Source: an uncultured Verrucomicrobiae bacterium (GTDB lineage Bacteria; Verrucomicrobiota; Verrucomicrobiia; Palsa-1439). Taken from it: 64,000 bases of DNA. Each line of letters begins with the position of its first letter. The stretch's first letter is position 1. A program made the translations under genes and the position numbers. Of the stretch, positions 10,193-18,929 are shown piece after piece. The notes beneath the pieces are model-generated. The model was not told the origin of the DNA. It saw only the letters and a list, made by a program, of their open reading frames with translations, and made no database searches. Where the stretch lies: positions 480,001 to 544,000 of the forward strand of contig CAWEWF010000001.1 of the NCBI GenBank assembly GCA_963812605.1. Reading direction: 5' to 3'.

Positions 10193-11097
10193 AACCGCAC
10201 TACTCGCAGACATTTTATCGCGCGTTTTGGTTCAGCCCCGGCGTTACGTTCGCCCGGCTCCTTGGCGTCAAGGGCGCGCGCGCCGTGGGTCGCATGCTGG
10301 CCGAGGCCTATCGGCTGACACATCCGCGGGCGCGGGCGGTCGTGCGCGAGAACCTGGCGCTGCTCTGCGGCCCACAATTGCGCGAACAAACCGTCCGCCG
10401 CACGTTTCGCAATTTTGGCGCGACGCTCGCGGATTATTTTCAACTGGGCGCGCGCGACAAACCGCATGCGCTGGCCCTGATCGAGTCGCGCCGCGGGTTC
10501 GAGCACATCCAGGGGGCGCTGGCCGACGGCAAAGGCGCGCTGCTGGTAACGGTGCACACGGGATTGTTTGAACTGGGCGGGGTATTGATGGAGGAATTTC
10601 GGCTGCCGCTGGTCGTGCTCTCGTTGCCGGAACCAAGCGCGGCGCTAAACCACTGGCGCGCCGCATATCGCCAGGGCTGGAGCGCGGAAACCCTGGAAGT
10701 CGGGACGGACCAATTCAGTTTTGTGGACATCTCGCGCCAACTCGCGCAGGGCAAATGCGTCGCGATGCTCATGGACCGACCGCACGGCAATGGCGACGTG
10801 GTGTTCGCGGATTTTCCCCATGGGCGGGTGCCGTTTTCGACGGGGCCCGTGTGGCTCAGCTTGTTGACGGGCGCGCCTTTGGTGGCGGTGAACATCCTGG
10901 CGACGGAATCGGGCGGCTACGCGCTGGAGGCGCTGCCGCCCCTGCGCTGGCAATGGCGCGGCCCCGACCGCGTCGCGACCGTTCGCGAGTACACGCTCGA
11001 ACTCGCCAACCATTTTCGTGAACCGTTATGCAATCATCCCGACCAATGGTATCAATTCACACCGCTGTCGCGGCTTTCCTCCTCGGCATCGGCCTGA
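10189..11097 (+). CDS. Lysophospholipid/lipid A (LpxL-like) acyltransferase
   Basis: ALLVTVHTGLFE (HxxxxE), MLMDR, HPDQWYQF; TTG start overlapping the upstream stop. Confidence 0.8.
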   Translation: MKPHYSQTFYRAFWFSPGVTFARLLGVKGARAVGRMLAEAYRLTHPRARAVVRENLALLCGPQLREQTVRRTFRNFGATLADYFQLGARDKPHALALIESRRGFEHIQGALADGKGALLVTVHTGLFELGGVLMEEFRLPLVVLSLPEPSAALNHWRAAYRQGWSAETLEVGTDQFSFVDISRQLAQGKCVAMLMDRPHGNGDVVFADFPHGRVPFSTGPVWLSLLTGAPLVAVNILATESGGYALEALPPLRWQWRGPDRVATVREYTLELANHFREPLCNHPDQWYQFTPLSRLSSSASA

Positions 11098-11672
11098 CCG
11101 CGGCCCGCGCGGACACGAATGCCGAGGCGTTTATCGCGCACCAGGCGGCCACGCAAACGTTTGAAGCCGACCTGCGCCAGGTGTTTCACTGGAGTTTTCC
11201 GCGCAAGCACGTCGAGAGCCTCGGCCACATCAGCTACCAGGCCCCGGATTTTCTCGCGATTGTCCTGACCAATCCCGCGGCGGAACTGGTCCTCGTGCGT
11301 GGGGACGACCTCTATATCCAGCGCGACAAAAAGGCGCCGGCGAAGTACAAGTTGGAGGTGCACAACGGCAAACCGACGCAGAACGTGCAGTTTCTGTTGA
11401 GTTTTTTCCAGAACGGCTGCACGAATTTTGCCGGGCTTTTTGACGCCACTGTCACGCAGAGCAATGATAATCAAACGGTCATGCTCCGGCCCAAACACCC
11501 GGCGCTGATGTTGCCGCTGCGCTCCGTGGAGAATGTCATCGCGTGGCCGTCGTTCGACGTGCGCTCGATGCGGATCGGCTTGATACTGGATAGCTACATT
11601 ACCTACGAGTTTAAGAATCCGCGCCGCAATCAACCGCTCGCTGCTGCCGTCTTCGAGGTGCCGAAATCATGA
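11046..11672 (+). CDS. LolA-like outer-membrane lipoprotein/lipid carrier
   Basis: Signal peptide, TFEADLRQ...GHISYQAPD, C-terminal NQPLAAAVF. Confidence 0.65.
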   Translation: MVSIHTAVAAFLLGIGLTAARADTNAEAFIAHQAATQTFEADLRQVFHWSFPRKHVESLGHISYQAPDFLAIVLTNPAAELVLVRGDDLYIQRDKKAPAKYKLEVHNGKPTQNVQFLLSFFQNGCTNFAGLFDATVTQSNDNQTVMLRPKHPALMLPLRSVENVIAWPSFDVRSMRIGLILDSYITYEFKNPRRNQPLAAAVFEVPKS

Positions 11673-12076
11673 GCCTCACACCACACGGTCCCGGTTTTTC
11701 ATTTCTCGATTCGTTTGAAATCATCGAACCACGGAAGCGCGGTCGCGGCCGCAAATGGCTCGACCCGGCCGCGCCGTTTTTCGCCGATCATTTTCCCGGC
11801 AACCCGTTGATGCCCGGCGTGTTGCTCATCGAATGCGCTGCGCAGGCGGCCGGTGTGCTGTGGCGGCCATCGGGCGGGGCCTTTCTCGCTGCCGTGAGCC
11901 AGTTTCGCTTCCGCAAGCCGGTCTTGCCGGATCAAACGTTGGAAATTGAGGTAACACTGGAAAAGGAGATGGGCGCCTTCGCCGAATTCGACGCCGTCTT
12001 GCGCGTCGGCCCAACGGTGGTGACTCAAGGCAAGCTGACGCTGAGCCGAGGGCTATCTTTTACACCAACTGCTTGA
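11669..12076 (+). CDS. FabZ/FabA-like 3-hydroxyacyl-ACP dehydratase
   Basis: FFADHFPGNPLMPGVLLIECAAQ; FRKPVLP. Confidence 0.9.
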   Translation: MSLTPHGPGFSFLDSFEIIEPRKRGRGRKWLDPAAPFFADHFPGNPLMPGVLLIECAAQAAGVLWRPSGGAFLAAVSQFRFRKPVLPDQTLEIEVTLEKEMGAFAEFDAVLRVGPTVVTQGKLTLSRGLSFTPTA

Positions 12077-12542
12077 GTAAGGCATCCAATAGGCGATTAA
12101 GCGAGTCTTGTACTTCTAATGATTCTGGCAATGGGAGACATAAGAAAGTTCTTTTGTATCGTTCGAAACTAAAAATGTCGAGCTCCTGACCGTTCCATTC
12201 AAATTTCATTTTGTCAATCGGCTTGTGATAGAAGCTTACGTAAATGATAGGTTCATTCGGCTTATCGACCGTCCACCAGAAACCGCAGTCAATCACTGTT
12301 TCCTCGTTGCGAGGAGATCGCCCAGAGATTGTTGTTGCGATCCAATATCCGTCATTGCCACCGCCTCCAATACTGGGACGGCGCTCCTGGGGTACCTCGA
12401 CTAAAGGCGACCAATGTTTTTTAGCATCGACAGCTTTACGGAGCGCTTCCCACATTGCGCCTTCAAACGCAGCGACGGTGTTTTTTGCCTCGACGTACTG
12501 CCGCAGACCTTCCTGAAGGAATGGCCTCATTTCGTTTTGCAT
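12060..12542 (-). CDS. Hypothetical protein (AT-richer islet)
   Basis: Open frame coupled to the upstream nuclease stop; no motif recognised. Confidence 0.6.
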   Translation of the reverse strand: MQNEMRPFLQEGLRQYVEAKNTVAAFEGAMWEALRKAVDAKKHWSPLVEVPQERRPSIGGGGNDGYWIATTISGRSPRNEETVIDCGFWWTVDKPNEPIIYVSFYHKPIDKMKFEWNGQELDIFSFERYKRTFLCLPLPESLEVQDSLNRLLDALLKQLV

Positions 12543-13450
12543 TATTTCTCTCCGTCCTGAACGGCCAAGATATCCAGCCAACTCAATGCCATTTGAAGTT
12601 GGCTCATAGTTGACCAAGTCACTTTCGGTTCCAATAAGCCCAAGAGTTTTTGTTCAATTGCTGCACAATACGTCCAACCCCAAACTTGCCACACCAATGA
12701 CTCCTGGCCTTCCCATAGGCAGCGGCGCAATCCCCGAACAATATCCCTCCACTCAATCAGGTTAATTTCGCAGTCATTTGAAGACGTGCTCGCGACGGCG
12801 TCCCAAGCCGACACCAATTCTTGTGTAAGGAGAATGAAGTGATGCCATTCTCCCTTGGGTCTCAATGCCTCAAGCTTTTTAGCGGTATCAAAAGTTTTGT
12901 CTAATTGCTCGTCCCAGATTTTTACCTCCATATCGGTAAATGCTCCTGATCTCCATTCTACCACGATGTCAGCTCGGCGCTTTCGATCTTCTGTAGGTTC
13001 CTCACGCCATATATCTTTCGGTGACGCAAACGATGCCGGATCGCAATGCATAGATGAGCCGAAGATAGTTTCTGCGAGAACACCAGTGGTTGATGCCTGA
13101 AGCAACCAACCAAGCCAATCAGACCAATCCTCCTCTCGAGATAGGCGGAGTGGGCGAAATTTTTCCATATCGAAAGATGACGGATCACCGCCCAAGGGTT
13201 GTAGTCTCTGTTCCCATCGACGCTTCGCGCAGTCGCAACGAGTTTTGGTTGGCTCGAGTGCGTCACGAGCCTTGTCTCGCATCGATGTAATCGAGTTCCA
13301 TCTTAGATTTCGTACTTGCCACACAGTGAAAGCTTTGAGGAAAGCCCAAGAGGGTAATGCGTTCGCCAGAGGAAGAGGTCGTGGCGCTTGGGAAATGTTT
13401 TTCTCCAGCATGGTACGCAGTGTAAGAACGGTGAGATTTTCCGTCAACAA
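12542..13450 (-). CDS. PD-(D/E)XK nuclease superfamily protein; start uncertain
   Basis: EEDWSDWLGWLL...WREE...RRADIVV...DMEVKI. Confidence 0.65.
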   Translation of the reverse strand: MLTENLTVLTLRTMLEKNISQAPRPLPLANALPSWAFLKAFTVWQVRNLRWNSITSMRDKARDALEPTKTRCDCAKRRWEQRLQPLGGDPSSFDMEKFRPLRLSREEDWSDWLGWLLQASTTGVLAETIFGSSMHCDPASFASPKDIWREEPTEDRKRRADIVVEWRSGAFTDMEVKIWDEQLDKTFDTAKKLEALRPKGEWHHFILLTQELVSAWDAVASTSSNDCEINLIEWRDIVRGLRRCLWEGQESLVWQVWGWTYCAAIEQKLLGLLEPKVTWSTMSQLQMALSWLDILAVQDGEK

Positions 13451-13476
13451 CAGACAGTCGGCGGCTACGACACAAA

Positions 13477-13500
13477 CGCAGGCTAAAGCCCGCGGCTACA
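13477..13500 (-). repeat. GTAG-type REP-like hairpin
   Basis: Reverse strand TGTAGCCGCGGGCTTTAGCCTGCG: GTAG foot plus imperfect palindrome. Confidence 0.6.
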
Positions 13501-13575
13501 ACTTTGTCGAAATTGATTCGCGAAGTGAGAGGGTGAGCCTCTTACTTGAGAGGCTGACGGGGCACTAGCAGATTC

Positions 13576-13866
13576 TCATACGGGGACAAGGTCAATCTTA
13601 AGCTTTCGACCAACAACACGCGCTGCTTTGTCAAGGGTCTGGAGGGTCACGGAGGTGTTGCCCGCGTTCAGCAGGCGATCAACGGCGGCACGGCTCGTGT
13701 TCATTCTTTCAGCCATCGCACTCTTCGAAAGAGCCTGAGCTTCCATGAGCTTTTCGAGCTTGATGGCAATCGCCCGTTTGGCCGCATGGATTTCGACCTC
13801 TTCGTAAATTCCTTCCTTCTTCAGGAAGTCATCGAAATTGCTGCCTCGGTGTTTATTCTTTTTCAT
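13576..13866 (-). CDS. XRE/HTH antitoxin (HigA-like)
   Basis: GSNFDDFL N-terminus; HTH SKSAMAERMNTSRAAVDRLL; downstream of the toxin. Confidence 0.85.
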   Translation of the reverse strand: MKKNKHRGSNFDDFLKKEGIYEEVEIHAAKRAIAIKLEKLMEAQALSKSAMAERMNTSRAAVDRLLNAGNTSVTLQTLDKAARVVGRKLKIDLVPV

Positions 13867-14212
13867 AGCCCCTTACGTAAATTGCCCTGCGCTTTTTCGC
13901 TAGTTTGAGATCGTCATCCGGCGCTTTGCGCGCCTTCTTGATAAAGCCATGCAACAAGATAATTTCTTGCTCGTAAACCGTGAACAACGTCCGCGCGATC
14001 CGATTCTTTAGCGATGACCGCACTTCCCAGACTTGCTGCCCCAGATTGTCAACCAGTGGCTTCCCGATCGGCCAGCTATACTGAACGGTCTTAATATCTT
14101 CACCGATGATCTTTCGGTCTTCTTTTGGGAGATCTTTCAACCATTCACGGACCGGTTCGTTGCCCGCTTCCGTCCTAAAAAACACCACTTGAATCGGCTG
14201 ATCTCTTTCCAC
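13853..14212 (-). CDS. RelE/HigB (Gp49/DUF891-like) toxin
   Basis: GNEPVREWL...WEVRS...ILLHGFIKK. Confidence 0.85.
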   Translation of the reverse strand: MERDQPIQVVFFRTEAGNEPVREWLKDLPKEDRKIIGEDIKTVQYSWPIGKPLVDNLGQQVWEVRSSLKNRIARTLFTVYEQEIILLHGFIKKARKAPDDDLKLAKKRRAIYVRGYEKE

Positions 14213-14260
14213 ATCTGCTGTAATGTATCAAAAATGATACACTCTGTCAAGGCGGACGAA

Positions 14261-15505
14261 TCAAATCACCGCGCTAAGCCGCTCTTTCAGTTCAGCGGTG
14301 TGAAGTTTGCCGCGGTCGGTTCTGGGGAGGGCGGGGGCGAGGAGCCAGGTTTTGGGGAGTTTCCACGTCGGGAGGGTCTTTAGTAATTCTTGTTCGATGT
14401 CGGCGCGGACACGACCAGTTTCGACGGCGGCGGCGAGGTAGTCGTTGCCGCGTTTGTCTTGCAGGACGGTGACCCAGGCGTCGTTGATGCCGCGTAGTTC
14501 GCGCAAGGCGCGTTCGATTTCGGCTGGGGCGACTTTTTTGCCGCCGAGATTGGCGACTTCGCCGCCGCGACCGAGCAGGCGTAGTTCGCCGTAGCGATTC
14601 CATTCGCCGAGATCGGGCAACGTGGCTTTGCCCGCCGGGCTGTTTACTGCGATGCGGCCATCGCGGCGAATCCTGACTTTTACGCCAGCCAGTGGCTTGC
14701 CGACACTGCGGCCGCTCAATGTCGCGGTGCCAATGCGGTCGTAGCAGATGCCGCCGGTTTCAGACGAACCGTAAAAATTGTGGATCTTAATGCCGAACCG
14801 CCGGTGGAATTGTTGCGCCACTTCCGCCGTTAATGGTGCGCCCGCGGAAATCACCAACCGCAAACTCGGCGGTTTGGTTGCGCCTTCCAATTGTGCCAGC
14901 GCGCGCAGGATCGCGGGAACGGTCGGCAAGACGGTGACTTCGTGCTCCTCGATCAAGCGCAGGATTTGGCGCGGGACGAACGCCTGCGCGCAAACGACCG
15001 CTATCCCCTGCAACAGCAAGGGCATGACCAGATTGCCCAGTCCGTAGGAATGGCCCAGCGGAATGATGGCGAGGTTGCGGTCGGCGGGGCGAAGGCCCAT
15101 GGTGCGGATGATGTGTTCGCCGTCCGCCCGCAGATTGGCGGCGGAGCAGAAAACACGCTTCAGATCGCCGGTCGTACCCGAGGTAAGCTTCACGCAGCAG
15201 ACCGGGGACTTCCGGCGCGGGCCGAGACGGCGAATGGTTTCGCGTTGTGTTTCCGGGGGCAACGAGATATCGAGTGGGACCGCGGCGGCGCCAATTTTCT
15301 GGATGGCAAGAAAGGTAGCTAGCCAGAGGGCGGTGTTCGGTTGACAGATGGGCACGTAGGGGCCGCGAAACATTGTAACCAGATGTTCGGCTTCCGCGGT
15401 GAGTTGGGCCGCGGACCACGCGCGGCCGGTGTCGGCGTCGATCACCACCGGTTTTTCAGCGCAGCGCGCGGCGGTGGCCTGCCACAATGCCCAGAGCGAG
15501 GTCAT
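14261..15505 (-). CDS. AMP-dependent acyl-CoA/acyl-ACP ligase (short)
   Basis: LTSGTTG, ISAGAPL, YGSSETG, LPRTDRGK. Confidence 0.85.
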   Translation of the reverse strand: MTSLWALWQATAARCAEKPVVIDADTGRAWSAAQLTAEAEHLVTMFRGPYVPICQPNTALWLATFLAIQKIGAAAVPLDISLPPETQRETIRRLGPRRKSPVCCVKLTSGTTGDLKRVFCSAANLRADGEHIIRTMGLRPADRNLAIIPLGHSYGLGNLVMPLLLQGIAVVCAQAFVPRQILRLIEEHEVTVLPTVPAILRALAQLEGATKPPSLRLVISAGAPLTAEVAQQFHRRFGIKIHNFYGSSETGGICYDRIGTATLSGRSVGKPLAGVKVRIRRDGRIAVNSPAGKATLPDLGEWNRYGELRLLGRGGEVANLGGKKVAPAEIERALRELRGINDAWVTVLQDKRGNDYLAAAVETGRVRADIEQELLKTLPTWKLPKTWLLAPALPRTDRGKLHTAELKERLSAVI

Positions 15506-16803
15506 ACGTCCTGGCGCAACTCGTATTTGTACCCGATTTTCCCGAAATAAATTCGCAAGAACGGCGCGGTGATAACGGTGCTAAAAATGGCCATAAGCAC
15601 GAGCATGGTAAACACATTCGGCGGGATGACGCCAAGATCGAAACCGACATTGATCACCACGAGTTCCATGAGGGCGCGGGTGTTCATCATGATACCGAGG
15701 CAACCCGCGTCCGACCAGGTCAGGCCGCAGAACCGCGCGGCCACCGAGCAACCGAAAAACTTGCCGAAAGTGGCCGTGCCGATGATGACCAGGCACCAGC
15801 CCCAGAGCGCGGGCGAGTCGAGACCGTTTACGTTGGTGCGCAGCCCGGTAAACGTGAAGAAGATGGGCAGGAAGAAGACCGAGACGAAATGTGACACGGT
15901 TTTTTTCCAGGCGGCGACGAATTCGGGTTGATCGTGCAGCAACATCCCGAGGATGAACCCGCCAAAAATGACGAAAATGCCGAGGGAGTAGGTGACCAGG
16001 CCGTAAACGAAAACCAAACCGATAATCATCGCCATGAGATCGTGGGAGAGAAACTCATTGGCGGGATGGAAGGCGTTCACCAGCTTCTTCAGCAAGGGCC
16101 TGACGATGAAAAGGCTGATCAGAAGGAATACGACCAGCAACCCGAGGTTGATGGCAAAGGTCTGCGAGGAGAACTCGGAAACCGTCAAGGCGCTGACGAC
16201 TGCCAGCAGGATCCAGCCGACGACGTCATTGATGGCAGCGGCGGTAATGGCGATCGCGCCGATGCGGGTCTTCGTAATTCCCAGTTCCATCATGATCCGA
16301 CCCAGAATCGGGATGGCAGTGATGGACATGGCCACGGCGACGAACAAGCGGTAGCCCAGCGGATTCACCGACGGCGCGAGTGTTGCATGCGACGAAGCGG
16401 CCACCAGCCAGCCGAGGACGAAGGGCAGGGCGATCCCCGCGGCGGACACGCCGAGCATGATGTTGCGATTCTGTTTTTCGCGGAGATGACTGAAGTCGAA
16501 CTCGAGTCCGATTTGGAACATCAGCAGCACCAAGCCGATCTGGCTGAGAATGATCAGGGGCACCGGTGAAGTTGATTTGAAAACGAGGTTGAACTGGTCC
16601 GGAAACAACCGTCCAAATAATGACGGTCCCAGAAGCAGGCCGCCGACGATTTCCCCGACCACGCGGGGCTGTCCCAGCAATCGCGCGGTTTTCGCGGCCA
16701 GGCGCGCGGCGGCGAGGATGAAGAGGAGTTGCACCAGGGTGAAAGAGACGAGCTTTTCCGTCTCGTGGATGGAAGGGGTCGCGGCGGCGAGGACCGGGGT
16801 CAT
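15502..16803 (-). CDS. Cation:proton antiporter (CPA2/Kef-type)
   Basis: GQPRVVGEIVGGLLLGPS, SITAIPILGRI, NDVVGW, LPIFFTFTGL, MNTRALMEL. Confidence 0.9.
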   Translation of the reverse strand: MTPVLAAATPSIHETEKLVSFTLVQLLFILAAARLAAKTARLLGQPRVVGEIVGGLLLGPSLFGRLFPDQFNLVFKSTSPVPLIILSQIGLVLLMFQIGLEFDFSHLREKQNRNIMLGVSAAGIALPFVLGWLVAASSHATLAPSVNPLGYRLFVAVAMSITAIPILGRIMMELGITKTRIGAIAITAAAINDVVGWILLAVVSALTVSEFSSQTFAINLGLLVVFLLISLFIVRPLLKKLVNAFHPANEFLSHDLMAMIIGLVFVYGLVTYSLGIFVIFGGFILGMLLHDQPEFVAAWKKTVSHFVSVFFLPIFFTFTGLRTNVNGLDSPALWGWCLVIIGTATFGKFFGCSVAARFCGLTWSDAGCLGIMMNTRALMELVVINVGFDLGVIPPNVFTMLVLMAIFSTVITAPFLRIYFGKIGYKYELRQDV

Positions 16804-16804
16804 A

Positions 16805-17827
16805 TCAGGAAAGCACCGCGGAGGAAGCGCCGTTGCGCAAGTGTTCCGCGATACTGATACGGCTGGGCTGACAGCCCGCCTGTTCGATGGCTGACAGCAC
16901 GCGCTCTTCATCCATAATGATGCGGTCACGTTTGTAGATCGGGTAATCGGAGCGAACGTTGCGGGGGGTGAAATTGATCGTGGCGAGGTTGGCGCCTGCC
17001 TGGAAAGCGCGCACGTAGCCGTTTGCGGAAACCAATTTCATGGCGCTGACGGCCGGGATGAGCCAACGGGGCGCGGTCAATCGCATCCAGGCCAGACAAT
17101 TCAAGGTTTGCTCGATGCACCCATTTGGCGCATCGGAGAAAGGAGTTTGTCCCCCGGCGACAAACGGGCTCACGCTGCCGCCCGCCAGTGGCAGTGTGGT
17201 CAATAACTGCAACGATTGCGTGAGGTGCTCATCGGTTTGTCCCGGCAGTCCCACGATCAATCCCGACGACACCTTCCAGCCGGTGCCGGCGAGATAACGG
17301 ATGGCCTCGATGCGTTGGGCCAGTGTTCCCGGGGCTTCGATGAAACGGTAGTGCTGCGCATCGCCGGTTTCAATTTTCAACACATAGTAATCACCGCCGG
17401 CTTCACGGAGTTCGTCGTACTCGCGCGATGTCAGCGTGCCGAGACAAAGCGTGACGCCGAGGTCGGTGCGCCGGCGCAACTCGCGCACCAGCGGCAGCAC
17501 GACTTCGCGCACCGCCACGGGATCTTCACCCGCCTGGATGTCAATGTCCGTGATGGAAGCGGGCCGGTGATGGATGATCAGGTCGGCGAGTTGGTCCGCC
17601 GCGAGCCGGTAGCGCGCCAGGTCGCGGTTGTCGCGCCGCATCGCGCAGTAATGGCAATTCTGGCGGCAATAGTTCGACAACTCCACGACGCCACGCACAA
17701 ATACGCGGCGGCCAAACACCGTGTCCCGCGCGGCGGCGGCCCGCGCATGAAATGCCTGTTGCACGCCATTGCCGCCGCCCAACCAAAAAAAATCTTGCCT
17801 GGTCTCACCCATTGCTGATGAGAGCAT
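16805..17827 (-). CDS. Radical SAM enzyme of the BioB/HydE/PylB group
   Basis: RGVVELSNYCRQNCHYCAMRRDN, KIETG, SGLIVGLPGQT, GANLATINFTP...YPIY. Confidence 0.8.
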   Translation of the reverse strand: MLSSAMGETRQDFFWLGGGNGVQQAFHARAAAARDTVFGRRVFVRGVVELSNYCRQNCHYCAMRRDNRDLARYRLAADQLADLIIHHRPASITDIDIQAGEDPVAVREVVLPLVRELRRRTDLGVTLCLGTLTSREYDELREAGGDYYVLKIETGDAQHYRFIEAPGTLAQRIEAIRYLAGTGWKVSSGLIVGLPGQTDEHLTQSLQLLTTLPLAGGSVSPFVAGGQTPFSDAPNGCIEQTLNCLAWMRLTAPRWLIPAVSAMKLVSANGYVRAFQAGANLATINFTPRNVRSDYPIYKRDRIIMDEERVLSAIEQAGCQPSRISIAEHLRNGASSAVLS

Positions 17828-17942
17828 AATAATCGATTGAGGAACAAACTCAACCCCGACTTCCAAATAATGGCGGAATTAGTACGGGGCTGTGCGGCAA
17901 GCGCCGACGGACAGGAGGCGAGGCGAAGGAGGGTGGGCCGTG

Positions 17943-18371
17943 TTACACCCGGGCACTCAACACGCGCGTGGAGGGATCGCCCACGAGTTTGCGGATGATT
18001 GAGAGCGCCTCGTCGATGCGGAGGGGCTTGTGGACGAAAGCGTCGATCGGATACTGCTTCATGATTTGGCGAAGATGCATTTCTTCGGCGCCCGAGAAGA
18101 GAACAACCTTGATATTCGGGTTCAACTTTCGCAGATGTTGGACGGTCTGGCCGCCATCGAGCGTGGGCATGAAGTAATCCAGCAACACGAGGTCGGTGCA
18201 GTCCGGGTTGCGCGCGAATTTCTCCAGTGCCCGCATGGGGTTCGAAGCGACTTCGACCGTGTAGCCGTGACGCTGCAAGACGCCTCTGGCGAGCGCGGAG
18301 TTGACGCTGTCATCATCGATGATCAGAATGCGGATGTCGTTTTGCGTGGCTTCGTTAATTGGGTCACTCAT
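17943..18371 (-). CDS. Single-domain response regulator receiver
   Basis: ILIIDDD, DLVLLDYFMP, HKP. Confidence 0.9.
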   Translation of the reverse strand: MSDPINEATQNDIRILIIDDDSVNSALARGVLQRHGYTVEVASNPMRALEKFARNPDCTDLVLLDYFMPTLDGGQTVQHLRKLNPNIKVVLFSGAEEMHLRQIMKQYPIDAFVHKPLRIDEALSIIRKLVGDPSTRVLSARV

Positions 18372-18515
18372 CGGCGTTTACGATCCTTTCCGCTAAATCT
18401 TCGCCTATTTTGTAGCAGGCGGTATGCCATTCGATATCCTGCGCCGTAATGATAGCCAAGTACTTGCGAAAGTGGCCCCAGAATGGAATGGGCCCTGCTT
18501 TATTCGTTGTCCGTA

Positions 18516-18905
18516 ATGGTGGCGATCAAGACCAAGAGCCGTGGCAGAGTCCTCGCGATCGACGATGAACCCGAACTTCTCGAGATCGTGAAGGGCAGCC
18601 TGGAACCTTATGGGTTCGAAGTCCACACGGCAACCAGCGGCAAGGAGGGCGTGGAATTCTATGAGCAAAACTGGAAAAACATCGACCTGGTTCTGCTCGA
18701 TTTCCTAATGCCGGGAATGAGCGGGGATTTGGTCTTCGAATGCCTGAAGCGGAAGAACCCCGATGTCCGCACCCTGCTGCTTACCGGCTGTGAAGATTCC
18801 GTGGCCAAGAGGATGTTTGAAGAGGGCCTTTGGGGCTACGTGCACAAACCGTTTGTCTTGCAAGAATTCGTGCAGCAAATAGCCGAAGCTATCGAATCCG
18901 TCTGA
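18516..18905 (+). CDS. Single-domain response regulator receiver
   Basis: LAIDDEP, DLVLLDFLMPG, HKPF. Confidence 0.9.
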   Translation: MVAIKTKSRGRVLAIDDEPELLEIVKGSLEPYGFEVHTATSGKEGVEFYEQNWKNIDLVLLDFLMPGMSGDLVFECLKRKNPDVRTLLLTGCEDSVAKRMFEEGLWGYVHKPFVLQEFVQQIAEAIESV

Positions 18906-18929
18906 GTCGGACAGGCGGCAGCAACGGGA

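Noticed and set aside
12060-14260. Prophage or integrative element
   Set aside because: No integrase, att repeats, tRNA target or phage structural genes are visible
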